Positions 25,621-38,297 are shown, numbered from the whole stretch's first letter. The stretch is DNA of 63,445 nucleotides, filler included, from Octopus bimaculoides (GCF_001194135.2; 10 parts of 10 records of this genome joined end to end with filler, not necessarily neighbours in it); one strand, 5' to 3'. Made by a program: numbers and translations. The notes: generated by a model not told the origin, from the letters alone.

Positions 25621-25724
25621 ATAANNNNNNNNNNNNNNNNNNNNNNNNNNNNNNNNNNNNNNNNNNNNTTAATTAATTAANNNNNNNNNNNNNNNNNNNN
25701 NNNNNNNNNNNNNNNNNNNNNNNN

Positions 25725-26100
25725 CTAGCGTTCTATAGAGGGTTAGTGGAGGAAAAGTGCGACGACGTTCTCGGGGAAACTCTAGGCGTCGAAGATAATC
25801 AGTTAAACAGTTTGTTCGGGAGAACTTTCGGGCCGGGGCCCATGGATAATTTCCAAAGGTCCCTCGCCTGGCAGTGCTACCGAGGTGCGCTACCTGTTCG
25901 AGATAAACTCTACCGGCACGGAAGTGCCGTCAACCGGGCCTGCTCGCGAGGTGCGCTCAGGACGACGAAACCGTTCTGCACGCACTCGTCCAGTGCCCGA
26001 GTATTGCTGACCTGTAGGTTTATATCGAACAGCTACTGTCACGTGTAGGACGGATTCGGCTATCAGCTGAATCCATCGTGAGGATTGACCCGCCAACAAT
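25725..26100 (+). mobile_element. L1/Tx1 ORF2 C-terminal zf-RVT fragment
   Basis: WQCYRGALPVRDKLYRHG..C.R(fs)CAQDDETVLHALVQCPSI, a zf-RVT signature. Confidence 0.8.
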
Positions 26101-26399
26101 AACAGAGGTGCTGACCACAATCTCTATCACAGCGCCGACAAAAACACCAACAACACAGCTCTTGACAGAGGAATAAAATACAGCAAATTCGACCCACTGG
26201 AACTACCCCTTCCCGACTCTGACCACTCAGACACGTTGTACGGAGAGGTCGACAGAACTGAGTGGATAGAAGTCACACGTAAAAGACTAAGAAAAAGGCA
26301 CAACAGTACATCAAAGAATAAACAAGCAGTACTCCCCGCCGCCAAAAAAGGCAATCGAAACCACCCGAAAACAACAACTCACCAACACCCACGCTTCCA

Positions 26400-27560
26400 G
26401 CACTGGATGTGAACGGTAGTAACGGTGGAGCCTTCAGTCTGGTGGCTGTTTACACACTGAAAGGTGCAGGACAGCCGGAATACTTTAGGCATCTGGAGGT
26501 CTACCTGGGTATGTCTCTACCTTTAGAGTTAGTGGGCAATTTCAACGCCATCTTAGGTGCACATTTGGATTGTGTGTGGCTAACCGATAGGAAAGGGGAG
26601 GTTGCAAAAGTCTCGCAAACCTGCTCAAACGCTTTCAACTATCTGACAGTACCGACTGGATTGTCCGAATGTGCCAATGTAGACATAGGCAAATCGCATC
26701 GGAGCATCCAGATCGTATCTAGATAGAGTATTTTGCAGGTCTTTAGGTAGGGATAGTATTAGTTGTTCACAAATATAAAATAGTCGGCTACAGAGATCGC
26801 AAATTGGTAACCTATAAGGTCGACTTAGATAGCATACGTAAATAGGGCCCCGGCTCCTGGTAGCTGAATACATCACTCCCGGCGTACCAAACTTACAGAG
26901 ACCGGATTAAAGGGTTAGTTCAGAAAGTTTGACGAGGGTAGTCGTTAACAATAAATGCTGGTATAGCCTAAAAAGAGCCATGAAAGTAGAATCCGTTAAA
27001 CCTTAGCAAAGCTTTAGCTGTAGAAAGAAATAGATTACACGGTGATTTAGTAAGAAAGTTAGAAGAGGTGCTTAGGAAAGGCATTGCAGCTGACGTGCTG
27101 GCAGCGAGGTTGGCCCTCGATGAACACTTCAACGCCAATCACGAAGCTTGCATTGTCAGAGCTAACTCACGTGCTCTCAGATTTGAAGGAACCAATGCTT
27201 CCCGATGGGTCCGGGTGACTGAGGCGCAACATGGCAACAGAAACACTAGTCTGTCTTTGGTAGACCAAAATGAGCGCACGGTGAACGAGCCGGTGCTGAT
27301 GTGTGCAGGTTTTCAGCAGCATTTTGCCGAATTGTTTGGGAGGAACGGTGGGCCAGATCGCAGGATGGATTTTACTGTTTACCCAGATGGTCTGCCACGA
27401 CTCTCAGCAAGAGATGCGGAGTGTTGCGAAAGGCCGATAACAACTGAGGAAATACGGGACGAGACAATGAGTTGAACGGTGGGGGGGGGTGCCAGGATTA
27501 GATGGTCTGCTTTACAATCTTTGTTCTAGTATGCCAGACTTGTTTGCAGGGCTTATGGTC
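26400..27560 (+). mobile_element. L1/Tx1 ORF2 fragment: APE endonuclease, linker and RT start
   Basis: FSLVAVY..YFRHLE..LVGNFNAIL; GPGSW*LN; FQQHFAELF..LPRLS..CERPITTEEI; PGLDGL. Confidence 0.85.
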
Positions 27561-27730
27561 AAACCGGTTAAGGTCAAACAACTGACAAGCAAATCTGTGG
27601 TGTTAAGCAGAATATTTGCTGTAGCCCATCTTTTATATCAAGACAAAACAATGTACATGATAACACTTCCAATCAATTAAGATCAGAAGCCATGAGAGCC
27701 ACTGCCTGGTACTGCATCCGGGAATTTATA

Positions 27731-27769
<39 letters not shown>

Positions 27770-27772
<3 letters not shown>

Positions 27773-28140
27773 TATGGCCTAGTGGCTAAGGTGTTGCATT
27801 TTCGATTGTGAGATCGTGGTTTCAGTTCCTAGCCAGCGTAGTGCATTGCGTTCTTGAGCAGAACACTTATGTTCATGAGCAAAACATTTCACGTCGCTTT
27901 GCAATCACTTCGACATCTGATGCTTAGTACTCGGTTTCCCTGTTCAGACAACACTTATTTGATGGAGAGAGCGAGCTAATGTCCGACACGAACATTTGAT
28001 CACAAAACAAATCATTTGTGTAGGTCGTAAGGCAAAAGTTGAACACTCATTATTTTTTTCTACTATATTTCGTTGTTGCTTTATGTAAATTTCATCGAAC
28101 AGATCACTGATTAAAGGTATTCCAACCGTGACCACTCCAT
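27770..28140 (+). mobile_element. tRNA-derived SINE family F
   Basis: TGGCCTAGTGGCTAAGGTGTTG head; related inverted copy at 45470-45760. Confidence 0.65.
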
Positions 28141-28524
28141 CTTTTTAGCTCACATTATCCACTCTGTCGGTTTCTTATTTAAACCTGTCGAATGCTTTCG
28201 ATTTGAAGAAAATTTCACCGTTGAATTTCCCCTTTTTGTTTCTCCTCATACTCTGTGTGCGATTGTTCTCTCTCTCCCTCCCTCACTCGCTTTCTTTGTT
28301 TGTTTCTTTTTTTCTTGCTACTCGTCTCATTGCAGCACACCTCCTCTTTGTCTTCATCTCATTTTCTTATTTTCTCACTCACTGTTTTTCTCTCGAAGTC
28401 TGCCTATTATTTTTTCTTTTCTTAGCCTCGCTTTCATAAGATTTCTTCCTTTCTCTCCGCTGACTCTCTCTCCCGCTGTCCCCCTCTCTCTCTCTCTCTC
28501 TTTCTTTCCTCCTCATCTCTTTTC

Positions 28525-28575
<51 letters not shown>

Positions 28576-28762
28576 GTTATTAGTTTATTTATTCTTTTCA
28601 TTTCACGTTTCAATAAGTTCCTAAAATTGCTAATATATATACCTGAAAGTACGTTGCTGTATCTAGATAAATATGTGTGTGTTTTTAGCTGTTTCTGTCT
28701 CCGTACGCCATTTTATCTTCACACGTAAATACACACATTGACACCACGTGCACATATATGCC

Positions 28763-28820
<58 letters not shown>

Positions 28821-30174
28821 TATATATACAATGTCTTTATAATTATATGCTTGGGTAATTGTGTGTATGTGTGCGGGCGCTTAAGTGTGTGGGTGTGAGT
28901 ATGTATGAGCGTGTGTGCGTTCGTGCATGAGTTTGTATATTCATGCTCTAAGTTTTAACATAAAAGCCATAGATCCATTTATACACACACCCACTCTCCA
29001 ATATACGAACGCAAGCATACATGCATATGTACAAACATACGCACTCGTTCAGGTGACAGTAAAACTAGACGACTAGTTGATGTATAATGGCAGAACGCAC
29101 ATTATATGGAATATCATGCGCCAAGAAATCAATATCTACTTTAGCTGACAACATTCAGCGAATAGAAATAATAAATGGTTCTCTGAGATAGTATTATTCA
29201 GTCAAATCGAATTCGAGCTTCTTGATCATTCCTGCTAATTTCCACTGTCAAATGCAGGCTGTCCTTTCTATACAGGTTAACAAACTAGTTCCCGTTATAC
29301 ACTACCTTTTTTAAGCCTTCTGTTTTGATCTATTCATTGAGATCTTATTTATTTCTTTTCTATAGAAAGTACGTTTTTGTTATTCAAATTGAGAGATATT
29401 TGTGTAGGCTTACGTGAAGAAAATACAAAAGAAAGAAAAAAGTCACAAACGGGAAAAAGAAATCTAATTGTCTTTTATAATACATTATTATCATGAACAT
29501 AATGGCAAATGTGTTAAGTTGGAAGAAATAGAAAACCACCTTATTAGATGTCTTAGAGGATTTAGTTTCTGTCTTCAGTTGCGTCCTGAGTGCATTTATC
29601 CTACATGGGCCAATTTCGGTTTTTATTAATAACATCGTTAAAATATGTACCAGAAATATACTGGAATCGATAAATGCACTAAAATCCTAAGTTCGTGTAC
29701 CACACTGATTTCTGTAGTATTATATCATAAATAAAATAGTTATCAGTGATATTCACAAACCAATTAATGTCCCAGTGTATTGCTGGCACGTTGATTGCGT
29801 GAGAAAGGCCTTTGCTCTAATAATCCAGATCCTAAGTTACTGATTCGTGCAGCTGCCTACTTATCGGTCCCACTCTAGTAGACCTACAATATGTTAACTG
29901 CGGGACAAAAACATGGACGTGACCTCCAGATCTCTCACTCCATACAATTTACCTGTTAACAATAACTATCAGACACTTTTTTGCATTATTTCTTGGGGGA
30001 ACGAATATGCATAAATTGAAAGAAAACAACCGCATGGATCAATTAATTTAGAGTAGCAATTATCACCTTAAGAGGAATTCTGAGACGAGTGGATGGAGAA
30101 AGAAGAAACTACGACACGTGAGTTGTTCTTAGCCACTAACTTCGACCTTTGTAATTTTATTATTATTATTATTA

Positions 30175-30510
30175 TTGTTCAGTAGTTTTATTTTTATAAC
30201 GTGCTTTCACTTCACTACCGAGCGCAGCTCTGTGCGCCTTGGGTATGTGCTGTGGTTTGCTGTGGTGCTCTTATGTTTACTGTATTGAAAGTGTTTTGCG
30301 TAGAATGTGTGCAGTACCCAGTAGTGCAATTTACTGTATGTTATATATATCTGTAAGTCCTGGTGTTTTTGTTATGTATTTGTCTGAATATTTTTTTATT
30401 ATACCTAAGGCACCTACTATGATAGGAATTGTTTCTGTTTTTAGACTCCACATTCGAGTTATCTCTATTTCCAGGTCTTTGTATTTTGAAAGTTTTTCCA
30501 TTTCTTTTCG
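30175..30510 (-). mobile_element. 3' end of R4/Dong-type LINE (REL C-terminus and 3' UTR)
   Basis: KEMEKLSKYKDLEIEITRMWSLKTETIPIIVGALGIIKK; ends at a (TAA)n tract. Confidence 0.85.
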
Positions 30511-30610
30511 NNNNNNNNNNNNNNNNNNNNNNNNNNNNNNNNNNNNNNNNNNNNTTAATTAATTAANNNNNNNNNNNNNNNNNNNNNNNNNNNNNNNNNN
30601 NNNNNNNNNN

Positions 30611-30896
30611 GAGATGGACAAGAAACAATAAATCATATTATCTCTGGCTGCCCAGTCCTGGCTAAGAAGGAATATATTCACAGACACGACAGAGCTGGAA
30701 CCTATATACACTGGAAGCTATGCCAACACTATGGAATAACAACAGAAAAAAGATGGTATAAACACACGCCAGAAAAGGTCACAGAAAACGAGAAAGCAAC
30801 CATACTCTGGGATATGCCAATACATACAGATAGAGAAATTAAGGCAAATAGACCAGATATAGTTGTCAAAGATCATGAAGAAAAAAAATGCTTTCC
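30611..30896 (+). mobile_element. R4/Dong-type LINE fragment (knuckle to PD motif), inverted relative to 30175-30510
   Basis: Uninterrupted frame ETINHIISGCPVLAKKEYIHRHD..ILWDMPIHTDREIKANRPDIVVKDHEEKKCF. Confidence 0.9.
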
Positions 30897-30964
30897 CGGT
30901 AGTGAAGTGAAAGCACGTTATAAAAATAAAACTTCTGAACAATAATAATAATAATAATGATAAA

Positions 30965-32050
30965 CGAAAAATTTGATCATATGCACAGAAGTTTAGTTTC
31001 ATGTTCATTCACAAATGCAGCCAAGTCTGTGATGTCATAATTTGTCTCCCTTGCTATGTCTCTTGAAGTTAAATGACTAATTTGACGGTTTGTTTTTGGC
31101 AGTCCAGAGTCAGACTCTTGAAAACTTTTGCCTCACATGACCAAAACTTGATCCTTGATCCAAAACTTGAAGCACAATCAGTGCTTCATTAAAGATTGTT
31201 TCAGAGAACTGAATATTGATATCTGGGTTTGCCTGTTGAACTGCATACTTTAAGTCCTCAGCCATCTCCTCACAATGTTTCATCCAAAGCTGCAGGGGAC
31301 TGCCAAGTTGACACATGTTCAGTATAATTGCAAACTGTGTTTCCTGAGAGAATCTGATACTGATGCTTCAGTCAATGCAAGGTCCCAATGCTCATCATTT
31401 TCTGAAAAACCTTGTTGATAGCATCCTTTCCCATAAGTTTCACACACTCGACCATTTACCTTCCTAGAAACTTGGAATGATTTAGGACCGCATAACTTCA
31501 AAAGTTGTAGCGTTCTGCTTGGCTTGGGGGTACACTGCGATCTCTTGCAAGAGCGTCAGCCCGTTTCCTCTTGTGTCATTTATTGTTTCTCCAGGTGTAT
31601 TACTTTGGTAATTGTGGTAAAGGAGTTTTTTGCATTTTCATCTACTTGATACAACTTTAAAAAAGCTGTAAGCTTAGTTTCTTTTGAGGAAAGTGCTTGT
31701 TGCAAGGCTGTTTGTTTTGTAAAGATAACCCTGTGGCCATTTTCTAAGTGGACACTCAGAAGAATGATGGCTGGGTGCCTCTCATGAACGGGAAAATTAA
31801 AGATGCGCCAAAAGGTCTCATTGGTACTGATATATCTTCCTCTGTCATAAATTCTCGTCATTTATCTGTTGACTGCCATTCTGCATTAGAGTGTATGTTG
31901 CAGCATCTAAACCTTTGCTTATATATTTGCAAACATTCTTAATAGAGTTAACAGAGTTGCAGAATTCAACATTGATTCTAGCTACCTGTACTCGTCTTTG
32001 CTTCATTGTAGAATATGATCATCAACATCTACCCCGACTCTTCTCTACAA
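30965..32050 (-). mobile_element. Helitron RepHel fragment (end of Rep domain and inter-domain region)
   Basis: INVEFCNSVNSIKNVCKYISKG; GRYISTNETFWRIFNFPVHERHPAIILLSVHLENG; GPKSF..VNG..ENDEHWD; ARETNYD. Frameshifted. Confidence 0.9.
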
Positions 32051-32829
32051 GAGGAGTCGGGGTACGCACTATGCACTACGCACGTACGCACTACGCACGT
32101 ACGCACTACGCGCGCGCGCACGCACACACACACACACACAGAGTATGAAACAACTGATGAAATAGAGTGTGTATGTGTGTGTGTGTGAGAGAGAGAAGGG
32201 GTGTGTTGTCATGTATACGTACATACATAAATAAATATGCATACATCTTTTTTGTATGTATGTATGTGTGTGTGTGTGCACGTGAGAGAGAGTGAGTGTC
32301 ACTTAGACATCACTTTCTCTGTCTGTCTTTGTCTCTCTCTCACACATACGCACACATACATACAAAAAATGTATACATATGTATTTATGTACGTATACAT
32401 GACAACGCAGCCCTTGACTGACTTTTTCTCTCTATCTCTCTCTTTCTCTCTCAAACATGCACACATACATAAATGTATACAAACGTACATACAAAAACAC
32501 ACGTGTACGTGTGTGACTGACTTGTGTGTGTGTGCGAGAAAGATAGTGAGAAAACAATGAATGAAATAAATATGAAATGAAGAAATCGTATAAATAAAAG
32601 CTCTTGTACTAAATATTTAAACTTGTGAACTTAGTAGATATTTCTTTCAGTAATTTATCGTAGTTGTTTGCAAAAAGCGAATTAAAACTTGAAATGAAAA
32701 CATTAAAATAATGAGTGAGAGGTTTTGCAAATGAAAACGGAAAATTTCGCCGTTGCTATGTCAATACCGGAAGCTGACACTGAGAAACCTTTTTAAAGTA
32801 GTGAATCATATATAGAAAACAATATTATT

Positions 32830-33250
32830 TAGAAATAATACATTTCTAAATCTCTCAGAGAGACTTAAGCAGTAGTGGTGCGATAAAGTAGTTGTATACT
32901 GCCAACTTAACGTGACAGTCCCAATAAGGGAATATACTACTGCTATTTAGCCCTAGGAAGCTGGACCGCTTCCTGTCGGCCTTGACACATTTCCTGTGTC
33001 CTTATGTTTGCGAGGGGGAGACAAAATCCTCCACCCAGCCCAGCCTACATTCAGGGACATGTTTTTGAGTTTTTGCTCGTCATCAGCCTGAAGTAGCATG
33101 ACTAACTGGCTGAAGAAGCTTGTCAACCCTTCGCAAACATATACTATTTCAGTGAAACACATTCACTGATTACAAAAATTAGAAATAATACATTTCTAAA
33201 CCTCTCAGAGAGACTTAAGCAGTAGTGATGCGATAAAGTAGTTGTATACT
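32830..33250. repeat. 71-bp direct repeats (32830-32900, 33180-33250) bracketing a hammerhead-bearing insert
   Basis: Two copies with 2 mismatches, 350 bp apart. Confidence 0.85.
33050..33092 (-). ncRNA. Decayed minimal type I hammerhead (family H3)
   Basis: UUCAGG CUGAUGA C GAG-CAAAAA-CUC AAAAA CAUG UC CCUGAA. Perfect 6-bp stem I, palindromic ACAUGU stem III, GUC site; G12 is replaced by A. Confidence 0.6.
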
Positions 33251-33380
33251 CAATAAAAAAATAAACTGATGACCCTATTAAGTATCCGAGGTCAAATTAT
33301 TCACTCATCCCAAAAATGGAAGCATCCGTTTCTGCGTGAAGAGCGAATACACACACAGATGTCTATTTTATATAAGAAGA

Positions 33381-33431
<51 letters not shown>

Positions 33432-33727
33432 ACATTTGTGTATGGGTGTATGTATCTATATGTATATGTATAATAATAATAATATTAGGGATAAAAATCC
33501 AAATTTACAGGTAAAAACTCAATTTAAATTCAATTTATTAAAAATTAAAATTAAATTAAGTTTCACAGTATAATATATATATATATATAGTTTTAGGGAA
33601 AAGAACCAAGGTTCATGAACTCATCGATGAACATCCACTGTCACATATAGAAAAATTAATAAGTAAAAGCACAATAAATAAGTATAATATAATACAAAGT
33701 AAATATCATAAGATAATGATAATAAAA

Positions 33728-33833
33728 CGACTACACGTGTTCCATAACCAATTTTCAAATAGAAAGAATATTTAAATCGATTAAAACTATCGAAAATCAA
33801 TTTTATTAAAAAATATAGCTAATCTTCAGGTCA
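33728..33833 (-). ncRNA. Decayed type I hammerhead with long stem II insert (family H4)
   Basis: UGAC CUGAAGA U UAGCUA [long AT-rich insert] UGGUUA U GGAA CACGUG UA GUCG. GAAA has become GGAA; palindromic ACACGUGU stem III; GUA site. Confidence 0.5.
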
Positions 33834-34039
33834 AAATACAACAATGATAATAATAAAAGAATAAATAACAAATGAATGTATATAAAATACTTATCATATT
33901 AAGATATATATATATGGGTGCGTATATTTGTGTGTAATCCTCTTTTACAGGTACTAACAGATGGCAAATGTAAGTTCATTTTTCAATTATATCCTCGTTT
34001 TTTAAAAAAGGAACATTCACCTTGTCCTGCTTTTATGTT

Positions 34040-34170
34040 CTGGAAGCAAACTAATAAACTCTGATGCTTATTCTATCGGTCTTCATTTGCTGAAGTGCCT
34101 AGTTACAGCGACGCAAATAAACCAGCGTCAGACGTCGAGCGATGGCTGGGGGTGAACACAAAGACAAATA
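34040..34170 (-). mobile_element. SINE family A fragment
   Basis: CTTATTCTATCGGTC..TTTGCTGAAGTGCCTAG resembles 38385-38470. Confidence 0.55.
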
Positions 34171-34194
34171 CATGCACTTATAGATACATGCATA

Positions 34195-34622
34195 TTATTC
34201 TTCTATTAATCCCGTTGTGCTAAATAGTGCACTTATATTTGCTAGGAAAAATTCTAACCTCAATTGAAGAGAAATTAAGTTACTTTGGAAGCAAGGAAGT
34301 CCCTTATTTGATTTGATAACAAGTATTGGGCCATAAAAAATATTAATGATTATTTTGATTCCGCCCAGGTTACAGACTTAGTAGGTATATACATATTATA
34401 TCATTTTCATAATGAATTTGCAGACATTAAAGGTGTACTCTATAGAAATGATGCACTATTTTTGATTAATAGTCAATCCAATAGAAAACTGAATCTATAT
34501 AAGAAAAAGATTCTATAGTTTGTTTTTAAAAGATTTAGTTTATCTACCTCTATAGAAAGTGAACATGATTCAGATAATTACCTGGATGTTAATCCGAACC
34601 TTGTTACTGGCCTATACAATCC
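34195..34622 (+). mobile_element. Penelope-like element reverse transcriptase fragment
   Basis: YFDSAQVTDLVGIYIL..KGVLYRNDALF (YRDD-like at 34441-34452)..NYLDVN.NLVTGLYNP. Resembles PLE RT of the GSxDGAE..ELVG type (Naiad-like by inference). Confidence 0.8.
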
Positions 34623-36824
34623 ACACACACACACACATACACATACATATATGATATTTTTGTATATATATATGTGGTATTATTATACCTTCTTGTATCC
34701 TTTAAGATTTTTTCATAACGTAGGAAATCTTTTTACGTAAGTTTATCTGTTATAGAACCAATTATCTCATTTTTTGCCTTTAATCTCTGGTTTTCAGTCA
34801 AGAGAAAATGTGTACCCCTTTCTCGTATAAAATCTGAATTTAATTATAGGTTCATTGTTGAATGGTTTTATCAGTACCACATTAGCAGTTTGCTAGGTTG
34901 AAGTATTAAGAAGCTTCTATTTTATGTAAAAGTACTCTACCTTTTTAGGGCTTAAATTAGTTTATATATCCTTCTTCTCTTACTAGCTCCTTATATCCAT
35001 TTCTAAATTTTACTATTTATTATAGAGAATTTAATAATATATAAATTTTGCTAAATTTTGGATATACATTTTCCCGCTGTACCCTTAATGTTCATTTAAA
35101 TCTCATTGTGACCTCCTTTGTTTTCTAATTTAGGCTCCTCTCAACTGATAATAATAAAATAGTTTACGTCACCCATACCCTCCCTCTTTCTGGGCATATA
35201 CCACTATCTTACTGACATCTTCTGAGATTTGTTCCTTTATGTAGTCATAGCAAATTTATAGCCATAGTAAATTAGGGGTTTGGGAGAGTATCTGACATTA
35301 ATTACTTTATCAATGTTTGCTTGGTTCCATTACTGGCTGCAAATTTTTAATTATAAAATAGCTCCGAGGTCACAGAAACACTTGTCGAACTCGCAACGCT
35401 CTCTCCTCTCAACTTCTTTGAGTGCATACAATTTAAGTAAGGTTGCTCTCTGTCTCTCTGTCTCTCTCTCTTTCCCGCTCTCTCCTCTCTCTCTCTATAT
35501 ATATTTACTTGATTGTTTATCAACNNNNNNNNNNATATATATATATATATATATAAGACAAAAATAAAGAAATTATTGGTATTGTTTTAGATATTTAGGG
35601 TACGCTTAGGATAGAAAGAATGCCATTGTACCTATTTAAGGCATATACACAGTTAAATTCACTTTTTGTTTTCTAATATACCCTAATCATAATTCTTGTG
35701 AGGTTACCCTATATATACATCACTGAACGGTGAAGAATAGAAATATCAGTGATAAAACAGAAGAAATAAGCTTTGCTTTATAAATGAATTCCTTTGACAT
35801 ATTACTTTTGCATCAAATTATAGGCATTCCCATGTCATTCTATAAAATAATTTGACATTTTACAGCATGGTTGGCAAAGTCATTGCACACTAGCAAAGTC
35901 TCTAAAAACCTAAATGAAAAATTCATTTAAACGATTAGATTCAAATAGGAATTAAATGTTTTGAACACCTATGGACTTACGAAATAAATCAAAATATTTT
36001 TCACAGCATGGCTGTTATATCATAGATTCCACAGCAGATACAAAATTAAAGCCAAACTCACCGTGGTCATCCCATCATTTAAAAAAAATGTATCTAGCAC
36101 TACATTAGTAAATGAGTTCTTCACGATTTTTTCTACTCTGCAGTAATAATTTAAAGTAGATTTTCTCTTTCGATAGCGCAACATTCTACCGTTACTTGAT
36201 AGTTCGATCACCAAAGTTGATGGTGGCCAAGAGAAATGATAGATAAGTGCAAGATTATTGTTATAGGGAGAAAGAGCTGCACGCACATCAAACTCACTTT
36301 TTAGTTCTCATGCGACATGTTCAATCTCACGTCAAGACAAATGAGCTTGTCTGAGAATGCAGTAGCTTGCCAAAATGACTGCATAAACCCCTAGTTCTCA
36401 TAATATCTTCAAACTAGCTACGAGTCCAGGCTAAACAGTGTGACTTCTAAGAACATGATGGTTGTTACTATTTGCGCTAGTTACACCCATTGACCTGCTG
36501 CCACCAGATTCGAAGATGTGGAAATAAATATTATTATTCATTCCTGGCATCATTTGAATGAAATGTAAACATTCCACTAAACATACAAAAATAGTTACCA
36601 TGCCTATGTATACGTTATTGGATAGCCATTGATTCTCTTGAGTTCATTTGTATTTCGAAGTGTTTTGTCTTTAATCTTGTGTGGTAGACAAATTCACATA
36701 ACAAGTTGTACTAGATTATGTTATTCGTAGCTCTCACAAGTGACTTATTATATATTTAAATAAAGATAAATAGAAAAGGGTAGCATTTTTGTGCTTTTTT
36801 CTGCTTATTTTAGTCAAAACAACT

Positions 36825-37015
36825 CACTATTACAGTTCTATATCTAAGAAATGAGGAATTATGTACATTATTTACATTATTTACATTTGACAGATATTTG
36901 TCTTCATATTGTTTGTTGTTAACATAACGTTTCGGCTGATATACCCTCCAGCCTTCATCAGGTGTCTTGGGGAAATTTCGAACCTGGGTTCTCATTCCTG
37001 AGGTATTTTTCGATG
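36825..37015 (-). mobile_element. Single copy of the H1 Penelope-like terminal unit, next to (TTA)n
   Basis: Close match to 11558-11720. Confidence 0.85.
36921..36966 (-). ncRNA. Minimal type I hammerhead-like motif (family H1)
   Basis: GACAC CUGAUGA A GGCUG-GAGGGUAUAU-CAGCC GAAA CGUU AUGUU. Confidence 0.6.
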
Positions 37016-37021
37016 TTGTTG

Positions 37022-37094
<73 letters not shown>

Positions 37095-37194
37095 NNNNNN
37101 NNNNNNNNNNNNNNNNNNNNNNNNNNNNNNNNNNNNNNTTAATTAATTAANNNNNNNNNNNNNNNNNNNNNNNNNNNNNNNNNNNNNNNNNNNN

Positions 37195-37244
<50 letters not shown>

Positions 37245-37294
37245 GATCTATCTATCTATCTATCTATCTATATATCTATCTGCCTATCTGTCTG

Positions 37295-37367
<73 letters not shown>

Positions 37368-38297
37368 ACATCTATCTAACTATCTTTTCATCTACCTAAA
37401 GTATAAGAAGATTCTTGATTGGAAAATGGTTGTAAGGAATAAAGAATGTATACGTGTAAAAGGCTCATCATTTACTGAAGAACAGTGCGTTCGGAGAACA
37501 ATATATAGGCCGATTCATATTTGTAATTCTGGTCACCAAGTTGAAATCTGTTGCTGGCAGAAGGAGACAACTCTCCTCAGCTCAGTGGACATCAAGGACA
37601 ACGCTATCTCCAAGTTCATTAAATTCCGTGGCTGCACATGGTATCGGAGTGCCTCAAATTCTCGACATGTAGGAAAAACAAAGTTCACTAAGAACAGTCA
37701 AATAATATATCTGACGTCCGTTTTAAAAGAAATGCAGTGAATTTTATTAGCTTATACTTATTGATTGAACAGAGTAGTTTCGAGACTCTCTGCATTGTGG
37801 ATTAGGTTTCTCAAAGTTGTACCCGTATATCGGTTATTTGCAGACAAATGACATGATGTAAGTTTAACTTCCCGTTCTCAGTGATTTTCAAGCTAACTGT
37901 TACCCAATTTCAAAATGTACGCCATGTAATATGTAAAACGACTTTTAAGTGTGTCGTGATGTTTAGGATTACGCGGTATGGCATCGATTCAATTATCGAT
38001 AACTGACTGAAACCGAAAGCCTTTGAGGCCAGAAAAGAATTTCATTACAGTTAGCGACTGTTACACCTGGTTAATGATTAAAGTTCTGCAGTTAGTATTG
38101 TGTTTACAAGATTTCTGCTTAGCGGAAAAGGAGGATGGTCATTATTCCGGCTTCTCCATGGGGTCATCATAAAATGAAATGTCTGTTCTCGTGTTTTTAT
38201 TTTGTATTTAGTATACAAAGAAACCAGAGCTTTCTCTTATTTCTCCAACTGTATAGAGATGACGGTTTAAGAATATCATACATCAAGAACCAATACT

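Noticed and set aside
32953-33162. 69-aa minus-strand ORF that looks like an exon
   Set aside because: It overlaps the H3 hammerhead repeat and is better explained as non-coding element sequence.
37426-37740. 104-aa ORF in unique sequence
   Set aside because: No recognisable domain or splice context, and the length is compatible with chance.
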